DNA of 64,000 nt from Blastocladiella emersonii ATCC 22665 (taxonomy: Eukaryota; Fungi; Blastocladiomycota), in contig JANHCV010000007.1 of the NCBI GenBank assembly GCA_025594325.1, positions 1,240,001-1,304,000 on the forward strand, in the 5' to 3' direction. The position numbers and the translations under genes were made by a program. This document shows, in pieces, positions 9,606 to 22,265 of this stretch (position 1 is its first letter; each line of letters opens with the position of its first letter). The notes below the pieces were generated by a model. It was not told the origin of the DNA. It was given only the letters and a program-made list of their open reading frames with translations, and ran no database searches.

Positions 9606-11815
9606 TCACAGGTCCGGACAGAACGGGCCGGTCGCGAGGAGCAGGTTGCGGCGCGTGAACCGGAGCGTGGTGACGGGCGTCTTCTTGGTCGCGAACGTCT
9701 CAAGCAGGTCATTGGTCGACGCCTTCTTGCGCTTCTTCTTTCCGGGCGCGGGAGCCGGTGCGCCGCCCGTCGCTGCCGCAGCTGCCGCGGCGGCCGCCAC
9801 CTCGACACCTGCCGCGTCGTCGACGTCGGGCCGGTTCACGTCCCACACGCGGATGGTGCCGTCGAGCCCGGCGGACGCGAGCAGGGCGCCCTCCTGGGAG
9901 AAGGCGAGCGACGTGACGCACCCGCGGTGGCCCGTCATGCGCTTCATGCGCGTGCCCGACGCAATGTCCCACAGGTGCACGTACCGGTCGTCGCCGGCAG
10001 TCGCGAGGTACCGCCCGTTGGGCGAGAAGGCGAGCGCCTGGACCGGACCCGAGTGGCCCGTGAACACGCGCACGCACTCGCCGCGCGACACGTCCCACAG
10101 CCGCGCCGTCTTGTCCGACGAGCCCGTCGCGATGTAGTTGGAGTTGGGGTGGAACTTGACCGACTGCGCGCGCGAGGAGGATCGTGTCAGCTTCGGTGCC
10201 GCTGCGGAATGGAGAGAGCGGGAAGCGTACGTCGACATCGGACAGGTGTCCGGCAAAGATGCGCAGCGGGTAAATGTGCTCGCACGACCACAGCCGCGCG
10301 GTACGGTCATGACTCGCCGTGGCAAAGTAGTGGCCTACACCCCGACCGAACCGTCAGTCCCGCGCGCAATCGCCCAACCCGCGTCCGCGAAACGCACCCT
10401 CAGGCCCGATATCCACGTCCCAGACCGGGTAGTTGTGCCCGCGGTAGCACGCGAGGTTGGTGAACGTGTCCATGGACCAGAGCCGCGCCGTCTGGTCCTC
10501 GGAGCACGAGATGAGGAACCGCTTGTCAGGCGAGAAGGCGACGCCAAACACGGCGCCCGAGTGGCCAATCAACCGCTTGCACGCGTCGCCGCGCGGCTCG
10601 CGGAGCCCGTCGAGCTGGTCGAGCGACCACGACGTGCGCAGGTCCTCGCCCGTGACGCCGGCCGGCGGCGGGACCACGGCGCGCAGGGGCTCTTTCGTCA
10701 GCGAGTGCACGCGCACCACGCTGTCCGAGAACCCGGCCGCCGCGAGCGTCGCGTCGTCGGTCAGCGCCGCGCAGTTGAGCGTGTCGTACGTGTTGTGCCA
10801 CGTGTAGAAGCACGTCGAGGGGAGCGCCGTTGACGACAGCGACACGCGGTTGGCTAGGTCGCGGATCAGGTTGATTTGGTCGCGAATCTCCTTGTGGCGT
10901 CTACGCGGCGGCGGCGGGACGCGAGCAAAGGTCAGCGTGCGTGTAACACAAATTACGCAAGCGAGAGAGAGCGTGCACTGGCGGCATCGGGACGGGTTTT
11001 GGTGGGCCCTGCTCGCCCTCCTTATCGACGGGGTGCAGCTTGCGGAACAGCGCGACAAAGTCCTGCTTGGTATCGGGCGGTGCGTGGTCGTCCTCGTACT
11101 TGAGCGCGGTCTCAATCGCCTCGCGCGCGTTCACGTCGAGCGGCGGCGGGCCGAGCCCGATACGCGTCGAGTTGAAGTCGGCGAGGTTGGACGAGAGCCC
11201 GAACACGCCGCTGTTGCCGGCCATCTTCTTCTTCCCCTTGGACCCGGTCACGTCGATGGCGACGTACTGGTTGAGGATGCGCAGCAGGGCGACGAACCCG
11301 TTGTCCTCGAGAAACGAGATGAGCAACTGGAACGTGGTCGACGTCATGGGCACGCTGAACTTGAGCGACCGGTGCATCTGCGCGTACTCGTTCTCCTGCA
11401 GCTGCGCCGACGACGTGATGGCCTCGAGCTCCTCAAGGTCCTTGCTGTGGAACGCAATGTGGTCGTTGCGGTAGTGCGCAAAGAACTGCTTGGCCTCGGC
11501 GATCATGCCCTTGGCCACCAGGTCGAGGTAGCAGTGCTCGAAGATCGGGAACAGGATCTCCTTGAGCTCCGTCTAGGTGGTGCCGCGATGAGTTTCCGCG
11601 GCGATGCGCCGAGTTCGCACGGCATCCCCCAAAAGTACCTTGAACACGTCGAGCGAGTCCTCGATCCACCGGCGCAGCTTCGAGTACGACGACTCGTAGG
11701 CGGCGGGCGAGAAGACGTCCGGGTTGTACTCCTTGATGTAGTAGGTGCCCATGGGCGGCGGAACCGGCTCGCCCGCGCCGCCGCCGCCGCCAGGCCGCGA
11801 CATGGCAGACTTCAT
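9606..11815 (-). CDS. TAF5: TFIID subunit 5 (NTD2 domain + WD40 repeats), ~5 exons
   Basis: NTD2 segment [16 protein letters not shown]|[19 protein letters not shown], then [53 protein letters not shown] and [20 protein letters not shown]. First intron 11638-11573. Start codon uncertain. Confidence 0.93.
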
Positions 11816-12014
11816 GTTGGGGACAATCAATTGCGCAGAGTTAGGCTGCGTGGGGTGCTTTCATGGGCAGTGGGGAGTTACGAGTCTGCGAGAGAAGGTG
11901 CCGAGCGCGACTCGAAGCGACCCCCGCCTCCTTCACGCCAATCACCACTCGGACCAGAGCCACCAAGCACTAAGATATTTTTGCGTGTATTTTGTACATG
12001 TAAGCGGAATACGA

Positions 12015-13419
12015 CTAGTCCATGGTGCCGGCAACGTGCTTGTCGCGCTCGGGGACGCGTGGGCGGACCTTGTCGGGGTTCTTGGAGTTTTTGCGGACGT
12101 TGTCGTCCTTTTTCGCGCGGGCGTCGAGCATGATGCGCTTGAGGTGGTTGGCGTTCTTGATGGCCTTGGGGACGAGGCGGTTCTTGGCGACCTTGCGGAC
12201 CGTGTCGAGGTGCAGGTACTTGTCGCGGGTGGCGGTGGCGGTCAGAACCGCGGCCTTCTCGCGGGCGCTGCGGATGGCGAGCGTGTCCGAGGCGTTGGCC
12301 TTCCACAGGCGGATGTTGCCGTCGTCGGACCCGGACAGCACGTACTTGGCGTCCATGGAAAAGCGCACGCACCACAGCCGCTGCATGCGCTTGGTGTGGT
12401 ACACGTCGCGCGAGTGACCCGACTTGGCGTCGTACACGCGCATCGTCTTGTCGTAGGCGCCCGTGACGAGCTCGTTGCCCGCGGGCGAAAAGTCCACGTC
12501 GAGCACCGCCGACACGTGGTCCTTGAGCACGTTGGTCGCGCGCTCCATGCGCCGCATGTCGAACAGGTACGTGTTGTGGTCCTCGTTGGCCACGGCAAAC
12601 TGGTAGGGGACCATGGGGTTCCAGCACAGCGCGTTGGATGTCAGGTTGAGCACCAGCTTCTTGAGCGGCTGGCTCATGCGCGTGTCGTACAGGATCACGG
12701 CGCGGTCGGTCGACGTGGACGCGAACAGCGTCGACTCGGAGTGGTTGAACCGCACGCTCGACACGGTGTCGGAGCCCCACGAGTAGGTCTGCACGGGGTA
12801 CGACCGCTGGTGGTCCCACAGGTCGACGGCGATGCCGGCGGTCGCAAAGGTCGAGTCGGTGCGGTGGTGGTCAATGGCGGTGAAGGCGTTCTTGCCCGTC
12901 CACGTCGACAGCGGGGTGGCGAGGTTGTGGGCGTCGGTCGACCACAGCTTGACGACCTTGTCCATGGCGCACGACACGAACTGGTTGCTGTCGGGGACGG
13001 CGGCGAGCCCGCGCACGGTGCCGCGGTGCGCGCCCGTGATGACGTGGGTCGACTTGCGCTGCGACAGACTCCATATCCGGATCTCGCCGTCGGCGCAGCC
13101 CGAGTAGATCCTATCGAGGATCGTCGGGTGCTTGGCCATGGCGTAGACGCCGTCGTTGTGGCCCGACAGCGCGGCCACAAAGGGCTTGGCCATCATGCGC
13201 TCCACCTTGGCCGCGGTCACGGCGCGCACGTACTCGCGGCCCTTCTCGAACGGGTGCAGCGTCGGGTCCAGGTTGCGCGGCAGCTTGTACACGTCGCCCG
13301 CGCGCTCGCGCGTGAAGTCGGTCGCGTTGCGGGAGATGGTTTTCACTTTCTACACTCGTCGGCCGTGCGGGGTTGGTTTCATGGTCGTTGCAGAGAGATA
13401 CATGATGCGGGCTCACCAT
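12015..13419 (-). CDS. SOF1: DCAF13/SOF1 WD40 protein (SSU processome, U3 snoRNP); exon 1 is the ATG only
   Basis: M|KVKTISR N-terminus via intron 13416-13350, then PRNLDPTLHPFEKGREYVRAVTAAKVERMMAKPF, YHTKRMQR and DDGNIRLWKA. Sof1 C-terminal domain present. Confidence 0.96.
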
Positions 13420-14090
13420 TTTTGCGTCACGCGATGCTCACTCTCACGATGGTGGCGCGTCCATGTCGACGATGGCGAGCGGGCTGAGGACGGTGTTGCG
13501 ATCATGGTCATACCTAAGCACGTGACTCGTCGTGAGGCACCGTGTAAAGTCGCGTCTGCCCTTTAGCTCTCCCCACACTTGCCTAATCATGCTGTGGCAC
13601 CCCACGGCTGCTTCCTCGGCGCGTAGGCGAGGCATCCCTGAACGATTCCTGCGCGTCATGCAAGTACAGGAGATGGGCGCGGACGTGGCGCCGCCGCACC
13701 GAGGTCATATACGCCACGCTGCGGCGCGCATTATTAAGTGCGCCGTGGTCACGATCAACACCGTCGCGACGGCCGACCACCGGCGACGGCGTCGTCGCGA
13801 CCACGGCGGCCATGGCCACGGCCGGGTAAACGACGGGGGCCGCGTATCAGCGCGCGCCAGATAAGGCCCCGGATCAGGTGATGCTGCCGGCGGGCCTTGG
13901 GGGTCGTCGAGCGGTGCTGCAGCGTGCCTCCCTCCTCTCCCCTCCTCCTCTTCCTCCTCCCTCCTGCTCGTCAAGGGAACGCACTTCTACGCAACTCTAC
14001 GCATCGACCCCCGTCCGACCCGACTTGGGGAAACGTGGAAGAAGAACGACTCGCTACGGCCGTCCGCCGTCACGCTGCCCCCATCCGCAT

Positions 14091-14128
14091 CGACTCGACT
14101 CGACTCGACTCGACGCTCGACTCGACGC
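14091..14128 (+). repeat. (CGACT)n pentanucleotide microsatellite, imperfect
   Basis: Four perfect CGACT units at 14091-14110 followed by degenerate units. Confidence 0.8.
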
Positions 14129-14487
14129 CTCGGATCCCTGTTCACCACCACCACCGCCGCTGCTCTCGGTTTGAGCATCGCGCACCTCTTGATCCGCTCG
14201 TCCACTTGGGGATCTGCGCCCGCACCGTCGCCCGATCGCGCCGCATTTGGACGCCCGCCCAGTCACTCGTCACCTGCACCCTCGCCCGCTCGTTTGTTCG
14301 TGGCGCCGCACGAACGCGAGCTTCCAGATCCTGGGGAACCCGCTTCTGCGCCGGCTGCTGCGTCATCCCATCGTCCTGGGGTAACGGCGACCGCGCTTCC
14401 ATTGTTCGCTGCAGACCTCGCGCTATCCTTCGCCCGCCCGTCAAGTTCGGAGCGCCGCGCTTCGCTCTCCGCGCTCCACCAACCACC

Positions 14488-16276
14488 ATGTTCCGCCCGT
14501 GCGCCATCAACTCGGCGTGCGCCCGCACCCGCGCCGCGGCGCTCGCCGCGCGCTCGGTCCGGGCACCGCGCTGCACGGCAGCGAGCACCTCCTACTCGAC
14601 CGTCGCTGCTTCGCCGTCAACCAGCGTATCCCCGTCGAGCCCGCTCGAGCCCGTCGCGTGCGGCGTCGCGCCGGCCCCGCCATTCGCTGCCGCGCCAGTG
14701 CGCCCCGCTACGGGCGGCCGGCGTAGCAGTAGCAGCAGCAGTAGCACGCCTACCTCTGCAGCAGCAGCTACCCCTACCCTCTCCAATCCGACTTCGCCAT
14801 CTCTAACGACCGCCTCGCCTGCGCCACGCTCGACCGTCTCCCGGACCGCGCGCACCGCGGCGCCCGCACCCGCGTCGCTGGTGTTCAACCACGCGGGCGC
14901 CGGGTACGCCAAGAACTCGATGCACGCGACGTCGCCGGACCGCGCGTCGACGTGGAAGAGCAACGGGGCCGGCGAGGACGCGTACTTTACGCGGTTCAAC
15001 GCCATGGGCGTCGGCGACGGCGTGGGCGGGTGGCACGGCCAGGATAACGCCAACGCGAGCCTGTACGCGCGCAAGATCATGCACTACAGCAGCGTCGAGC
15101 TCGAGCGCGCGGGCACCGATAACGGGCAGCTCGCGGCGGTCGACCCGGTCGATATTTTGCAGCGCGCGTATGACCGGACGTCCAAGGACGCGGCGGCGCT
15201 GGTGCGTTTCGCTACGGGGTTTGCACAGTGTGCGTGAACTGACCCGCGTGCGAGTGTAGGGTTTCGTCGGCTCAACGACGGCGTGCGTCGTCGTCCTCGC
15301 CAACGACGAGCTGCGGATCGCGAACCTCGGCGACTGCGGGGTAGCGATCGTGCGGCAGGGCGAGTACGTGTTCCGGACCGAGGAACAGGTACACTCGTTC
15401 AACTACCCGTACCAGCTCGGCACCACGGCGCAGGACCTGCCCGGCGACTCGCAGCGGTTCCACGTGCGCGCCCAGCACGGCGACATTGTCGTGATCGCCA
15501 GCGACGGCGTGTGGGACAATCTGTTCGACGAGGACCTGCTCGGTATCGTGCGCGCGCAGATCGACTGGGACCCGCAGCCGCTCGACGCACTCGGCGCCAT
15601 GTTCGGCGACGGGTTCGAGCGCCCGAGCGCGGCGACCGTGTCGAGTGGGACCCTCGGCAGCGCGTTCGCCGGCGCGCTGTCGTGGGCGTCGTCGGCGCTG
15701 CTCGCCAAGTCCGGGCTCGGCGGCGAGTCGGGCGCGATTCCGCCGCTCACGTCGTCGGCATCGTCGGAGCCGGAACCACCATCCTCGACTACCACTGCCG
15801 CCGCCGGCACTCCGCTCCCGCCATCGCCGTCCTCGCCACCAGAAGGAGATGGGGGAGTAGGAGTAGGAGCCACCCCAACTCTGCAACCATGCACAGCCGA
15901 CGTCGCCCCCGCCGGCCCCGCGCGCACATGGACGGGCGGCGAGGCCGTGACGGAGATGCAGCTCGCGGCCGCCGCGATCCCGCTCGTCTCGCGCGCGCGC
16001 CGCGCCGCCGTCCACGCGAGCGCGCGGGCCAACCCGCAGACGATCGCGGACGCGATCGCGTCGCGCGCCAAGGAGGCGTCCGAGGACCCGCGCGGGGCGA
16101 GCCCGTTCCAGTCGCGCGCGCTGCGCGAGGGCCTGTACTACCAGGGCGGCAAGGTCGACGATATCTCGGTGGTCGTCGGCGTCGTGCGCGACCCGACGCG
16201 CGTGATTCGCGGGCAGCTGCGCGCGGTCGCGAGCGCGGGGCGAGGAGCCGCGGCAGGAGGAGGAGGAAGGGGATAG
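14488..16276 (+). CDS. PTC7: PTC7-type PP2C phosphatase with a probable mitochondrial presequence, 2 exons
   Basis: Motifs GEDAYF, MGVGDGVGGW, GSTTAC, ANLGDCG, EEQVHSFNYPYQL, ASDGVWDNLF and GGKVDDISVV. Intron ~15203-15259. Arg/Ala-rich N-terminus MFRPCAINSACARTRAAALAARS. Confidence 0.9.
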
Positions 16277-17437
16277 GACCACTTATACACTTATTCTCGG
16301 AGACGCGCACGTCATGCTCGCGAATCGCGGCGCGTGAGGGGTTATTCCGGTGCACGGCGGGTCGAGTACTGAACGGCGCGCCGCAGCAGCGACCGCGGAA
16401 AGGGACGGCCCGCGGCCGCGAGTGGAGGCGACGCGTAGACAAACAAGCCGCAACGCGTCGCCGGTGTGGCGGAAGCGCCACTCGCGCGAGTGAAGGTGGT
16501 GGCTTGGCCGCGGACCGACCGCGACTGCAACGGCAGCCGGTTGTTCCGTTCCGAGCGCGCATCCGGGCCCGTCGGCGATGGCGGCGGCATCGGAGGCCGC
16601 GATGGTGAGGGTGAGGGCCGCGATGGCGATGGCGGTGAACAGTCGTTCGTGCGCGTGCGTGCGAGCGAGCGCAGGCCGTGATGGCCGCGGTGATGCCGAT
16701 GGAGGGGCACACATGGGCCACGGGCCGACCCCTCGCAACGTTGCATCTCCGCGGCGGGACGCATGACGGGACGGAGCGGCCCCGACCCGTCCCCATGCCT
16801 CCTCGCTCGAACTCGCGCGGCCGCGGACTTGGTGGGTGGGTGTGGGTCGAGCCCGTCGCCGCGGCTGAGGGTGGCACGGGCGCAGGCCGCGGGCTGCTGC
16901 TGCGGCTTGCGCGAGCGTCCGACCAGCGCTGCTGCTGCACGCACGTTAGTGCGTCGCACTTCACGGCACGTTGTGGTGCAGCCTGCCTCTCTTCTTCTCC
17001 CTCCCTCCCCGCTCCCCATCGGCCCCTATTTATTTATTACCCATCCGACCCGACCTTCCTCCCTCTCTCTTCCTTCCCCTCCTTCCCCTCCCGTCGTCGC
17101 AGGTTCCCGACCGACGAGAGAGCAGCATCAGCAGCCCGCTTCCAGCAGCGGCATCGGACGCAGAGGCTCGCCCAAGGCAGGACCTGGGCCGTGCACCCGC
17201 TCCCGCACCCAAACCCGCTCGGCTGGCCCGCCGACCCGACCGACCACTGGCACCAGCGCTCCCGCTCTCTCTCTCCCCTCTCCCTGCCAGTCCGACTTCC
17301 AACCCCGCTCGGCTCGGCCTGCTCTGTATTGCTTCACACCACCTGCACGCACAAGCAACTCGCTCGACGGCTCGCTTCCCGGACCGGCTCCAGGAACCCC
17401 GTCCCCAAGCACACCCCTCTCTCCCTTCTACACGACC

Positions 17438-20400
17438 ATGTCGAAGCGCGACCGCGTGCACGCCGAGCTCGACGACGCTCTGCCGGGCGACCACGTCGCC
17501 GACGGCTCGGGCGCCCCCAACAGCACCGCCACGGCCAGCACGCTCGCGACGCTGCACGGCGCGCTCGGTGCCGGCGTCCCCGCGCCGCGCAAGCGGTCCA
17601 ACCCGGGCCCGCGCCCGGACCTCGCCTCGCTGCTCCCGACGCTCCCGGCGTCGCCCGCGCTGCCGCTCAGCTACCAGTACAATGGTGGCAGCAACGGCAC
17701 CGTCAGCGGGCCGGGGCTCGCCATCAACACGGCGGCGCTGCCCAACGGCGCCGCGCATCGCCACCAGATGACGCCGACGGGCGCGTCGTTCGGTAACGGT
17801 AACGGGAACGGGTACCCGTCGTACCCGCACTCGGCCGCGTCCATGTCGCCCGTCATGGGCGGGCACGCCAGCGGCGCGAGCATGCTCGTCGACAGCCTCA
17901 CGCACTCGACGTCGCGGCTCACGGTGCGCTCGCGCGGGCCGAGTCTCTCGAACGGCGTCCCGCCCATGCTCGGCCACCCGGTCCCGGGCTCGCAACAGCA
18001 GCAGTTCTACGGCGGTCAGCACCAGCAGCAGCACCACGTCCCGTCGCCGGCCGACCTGTCGCGCGCGCTCTCGGCGCTGCCGCACCAGTACCAGAACCAC
18101 CACTTTGCGCCGGCGCCGCCGTCGCCGCTCCCGCTGCAGATGCCCGCGTACGACCAGCACGACGTGGTCATGGGCAGCGCGCCCGCGTCGCCGCTCCCGT
18201 TCGGCAACCACACGGGCGGCAGCAGCATGCTCGTGTCGAGCAGCGGCCCGCCCACCCCGCTCCCGCTCGAGGCGCCCGTGCTCACGGCTGTCAAGGAGGA
18301 GGTCGCGCCCGCGGCTGAGGCTTCGTCGGCTCGGTACGTTCTTTTCTCGTGGTGGTGCGTGGTGGAGGTGGTGATGGTGGCCGAGTTCATTGCCAGCCAT
18401 CACTCGGCGCGCCCGAGCCACCTCCACACACATCCCATTGCCGTGTGAGAACAACCGTTCATGATGACGAGCAAGCGTGCTGACTCGCTCTCTCGCGTGA
18501 CCCGCGCGTAGGAAATCGGACGATGGCAGCGACGACGCCGCCGAGCCCGCCTCGGAGTCCAAGGACCAGACTGCCGATACGGCCGAGGCCGCACCCTCAT
18601 CGCCCAAGAAGAAGGCGTCGCCGACCAACCCGCCGGCGAACCCGCCCACGGCGGCCAGCAAGCGGCGGTCGCGCGCGACGCCCGAGCAGCTCAAGATCCT
18701 CGAGGACACGTTCCTCATGACCACGTCGCCCAACGCGGCCCTGCGCGCCGAGCTGTCGGTCAAGCTCGGCATGACGGAGCGCTCTGGTACGCCGTTTTCT
18801 GCTTGATTCTCTCTCCCGCGATGCAGGGTTGCGACGCATGCACCGACCCCTGTGTGCGCGAGCCCAGTGCTCCGTGCTCCGTGCTCCCCAACACGGCGCC
18901 CGTTGCTTGCGGGCACCAGGTCGCCCGTCGCCGCGAACGATGGCCGCGTCCGGTGGTCGGCGGCCGTGGCCCGCGTGGGTCGCCGGGACTGCGTGGGGCC
19001 AAGTGTCTCGCGCTCGCGCGCGCGCACGCGGCGTGTGTGAGACACGCGTCCACGGCTCGCGCGGCCGCTCCATCCATCGATTGGACCCCTGACCGCGCAT
19101 TCAGGGGTCGCCGACCCTGCTCGCGGACACGTTTGGACCGCACACCGTCGGCTGACACGCAACCCTGCCCGTTCCCGCCGCCGTGTAGTCCAGATCTGGT
19201 TCCAGAACAAGCGCGCCAAGGTCAAGGCCAAGCAGCGCAAGTCGCAGGAGGAGGCCACGGTGCGCGCCATCGGCATGGTCGGCGGGCCCGCGGACCTCGG
19301 CGGCGGCGCCGACCCGCGCAACTGCGCCGGCGGTGATGCGCTCGGCCTCGGCGTGTCGGGCGCCAGCGGCACGTCCTCGGCGCTCGGGCCCATGGACCTA
19401 TTCGGCCAGTACCTCCTGCCCATCGAGTCGCTCGCCATCGGGTCGTGGCGCCGCATCTCCATGTACTCGTCCAAGTCGCTCTTCTGCTCCTACTCGCTGC
19501 ACCACCGCCTCTTCACCTGGACCATCACCGACGGCAACCACACGTTCAAGATGGAGATGCCCTTCGCCAACGTCCGCACCATCGTCCTCCAGCCCGTCCT
19601 CCCGCCGCCCGATGTCGCGGCCGCCGCCGCGGCTGCGGCTGCAGCGGCAGCGGCCGCGCTCCACGGCGGGCCCGACTCGGTCCCGACCACGCCCGACGCG
19701 CTCGCGACGCACTTTGCCGCCCACCACCAGCAGCAGTCGGCAGCGTCCGGCCTCATGCCCGTCCCGCACGTCGCCGAGCTCGTCATCACGCTGTACCAGC
19801 CGCCCGCGTACTGGATGCAGGTCGACACCCCCTCGGGCAAGCTGTGGACGCACTGCCACGACTTTACCGAGAACCGCCAGGCCGACACCCAGCTCGCGCA
19901 CCGCCTGCGCGGCAAGCCCGACGCCCTGCGCAACCAGCTCGTCTCGATCCTCCAGTCTGACTCGGGCCTTCGCGCCGTCACGGCTATCGACGACGCGCTC
20001 GGCGGCGGGAACGCGCCTGTGATGCAGCAGCCCATGCAGCCGCTCCAGCACCACCCCCAGCAGCAGCAGTTCGGGAACGAGTTTTGCGTCCTTCCGCACC
20101 AGCACCAGTTCTCGGCGCCGCACCTCCAGCAGCAGCAGCAGCCGGGGATGCCCAACACGGCGTCGTCGGTCAGCTTCGCCAGCCTGCCCAACTCGGCCGC
20201 GCCGTCGCCCATCGTCCACCACATGCTCCCGCCGCACCACGCCCAGCAGCCGCAGCAGCCGCAGCAGTACGGCACCAACGTCGACTTCAGCGGCACGCCG
20301 GCCCCGCCGATGCCGCCGATCCAGCACCCGGCGATCCGCACCCTCGCCAACAACCGCCGCGGCCGCTCGGCCTCGGCGCCCATGCCGCCGAGCTTCCGCA

Positions 20401-21434
20401 TGGGCGGCGCGACCGGCCCGAGCCCGCTCGGTGCCGGCGCGAACCCGGGCGCGGTCGTCGCTACGATCCCGCCGCCGCCCGCTGCGCCATCGCACCACGG
20501 CTTCTCGCCCGCGGCCCCGGCGCCCGCGCCGCAGATGCAGCCGATCCTCTTCGAGCCAGCGCCCGCGGCCGCTCCGCGCGCGTTCACGGCGCCGCACCTG
20601 CGCAACACGTCCGGCGGGAGTAACGGCAGTCGTAGCAGCAACGATGGCGCGTCCGAGTCGGCGGCGGCGACGGGGCCCGTCGGGCTCACCCTCGACACGG
20701 CCATGGCGGTCGAGTACTCTGCCGGCGGAGGCAGCAGCGCCGGCGCCGGCGGGTACCTCCCGAGCCCGCACCTCGGCGGGCACGGCCGCAGCGGCAGCTT
20801 CTCGGCGCTCGCGAGCCCCGGGCTCGTCCCGCCGCCGCAGCACCACCACCACCACCACCCGTCGCCCGCGTCCATGGTCGTCACGCCCATCGGCATGTCG
20901 CACCCGCACCACCACGCGCACGCGCACGCGCACTACCTCAGCGACCCGATCGCGCCGCCCGCGGCCGCGGCCGAGATGCTGGCGGGCTTTGACCTTGCGG
21001 CGCTCGGTATCGACACGTCGTCGGTCCTCGCGGCCACGCAGCCCACGCCCGCCGGGTCGCCGACCGTGCACCACTACCACCAGCAGGCCCAGTACGCGTC
21101 GCAGCAGCCGCTCGAGTCGGCTCCCACACCCACGTCAGCGACGGCCGGGCCCGGGTCCGACTTCTTCGCCGAGGTGTTCGGCCCCGCGGCCGCGTCCGAG
21201 ATGCACAACCTCGTCGCGGGACTCCCGCCGCTCGACCCCGAGCTGCTGATGCAGGAGCTCGGCGTCGCGGCGCCCGCGCCGGGTGGTGACGCGTCCGCGG
21301 CGGCCTCGGCGACGACGCCCGTGTCGCAGCCCCAGCAGGTGTCCGGCCAGCAGCAGAATGGCGGTAGCGGCGGTGCCACGGCCGAGTTTGACTCGATGCT
21401 GGCGTCGTACGTCAACATGGACGTGCCCGTATGA
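17438..21434 (+). CDS. Homeodomain transcription factor with a downstream PH-like domain (HOY1/Pah1/Phx1-like), 3 exons
   Basis: Spliced homeodomain KRRSRATPEQLKILEDTF...LGMTERS|VQIWFQNKRAK (introns ~18334-18511 and 18787-19188). Downstream conserved block IGSWRRI...FKMEMPFANV...WTHCHDFTENRQA, followed by a Q/P/H-rich tail. Confidence 0.85.
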
Positions 21435-22265
21435 GTGTGCCCGTCTGAGCGTGCCCGCTTGACGCTGCGCTAGATATGTTCTCTCCCCTTCCCTTGCGTG
21501 TGTGTCGTTTGTCGTTGTTGGTGTGATCCCATTTTGCTCCCCTTTGTCCTGTCGCTCTCCCCCTCGCATGTAATTGAATCCAAATCGCCTTGTACATCAT
21601 CATCGCTGACGAGAGTGATGCAGGGTCGGCGGCCATGGCCACGGCCAAGCACGGCGGCCGGGTCGTGCAGCGGGTCGTGGTCGCATGAAGCAAGCGCGGA
21701 AACGGAGCGGGCCGGCTCGCCTCGCCCGGCGTGGTCGACACACGCCCGCCTCACCTCGCCCTCTTCTCTCTCCCGCCCCCATCGCACTACGCACCCTGCA
21801 ACGTATCAGCACCGCACGCTACGGCCACGCTACGCTCCGCCTCGCAGCGTCGAATCTGCCTGCGATCGAGCCGGCCCGCCGCGCGTGCGCCACAACAGCA
21901 CGCTCGGCCGTTCGTTCGAGACATCGCGCGCCGCGCGCTCGCTAGCCCGCTCGGGCACCTTGTTTGTTTCTCCCGCGTGCGCCGCGCCGCGCCGCGACAT
22001 CATCAACACCTCCAGCGACGACGCAGTGCAGCCAGTCTGTCGCACGCGACGTCGTTGTGAGTGAGGTCCGCCCGCGCGAATCGTCGTCGTGGGTCTCCCC
22101 TCCGGGCTGCGAAGCTTGCCCGCGCACCGCGCCGCCATCGCGCCATCATCCACTTCATCGTCGCCGTCGCGTCCACGAGCGACCGCGACCGCGACCGCGA
22201 CTTGATTCGCTCGCTCGCCCTCAACGCAGCTCTCAACCCGCGCTCGCGTCTGAGACATCACCGCC

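Noticed and set aside
13897-14487. N-terminal extension of the PTC7 ORF from GTG 13897
   Set aside because: Non-ATG start. ATG 14488 has a good context (ACCACCATG) and begins a mitochondrial-type presequence.
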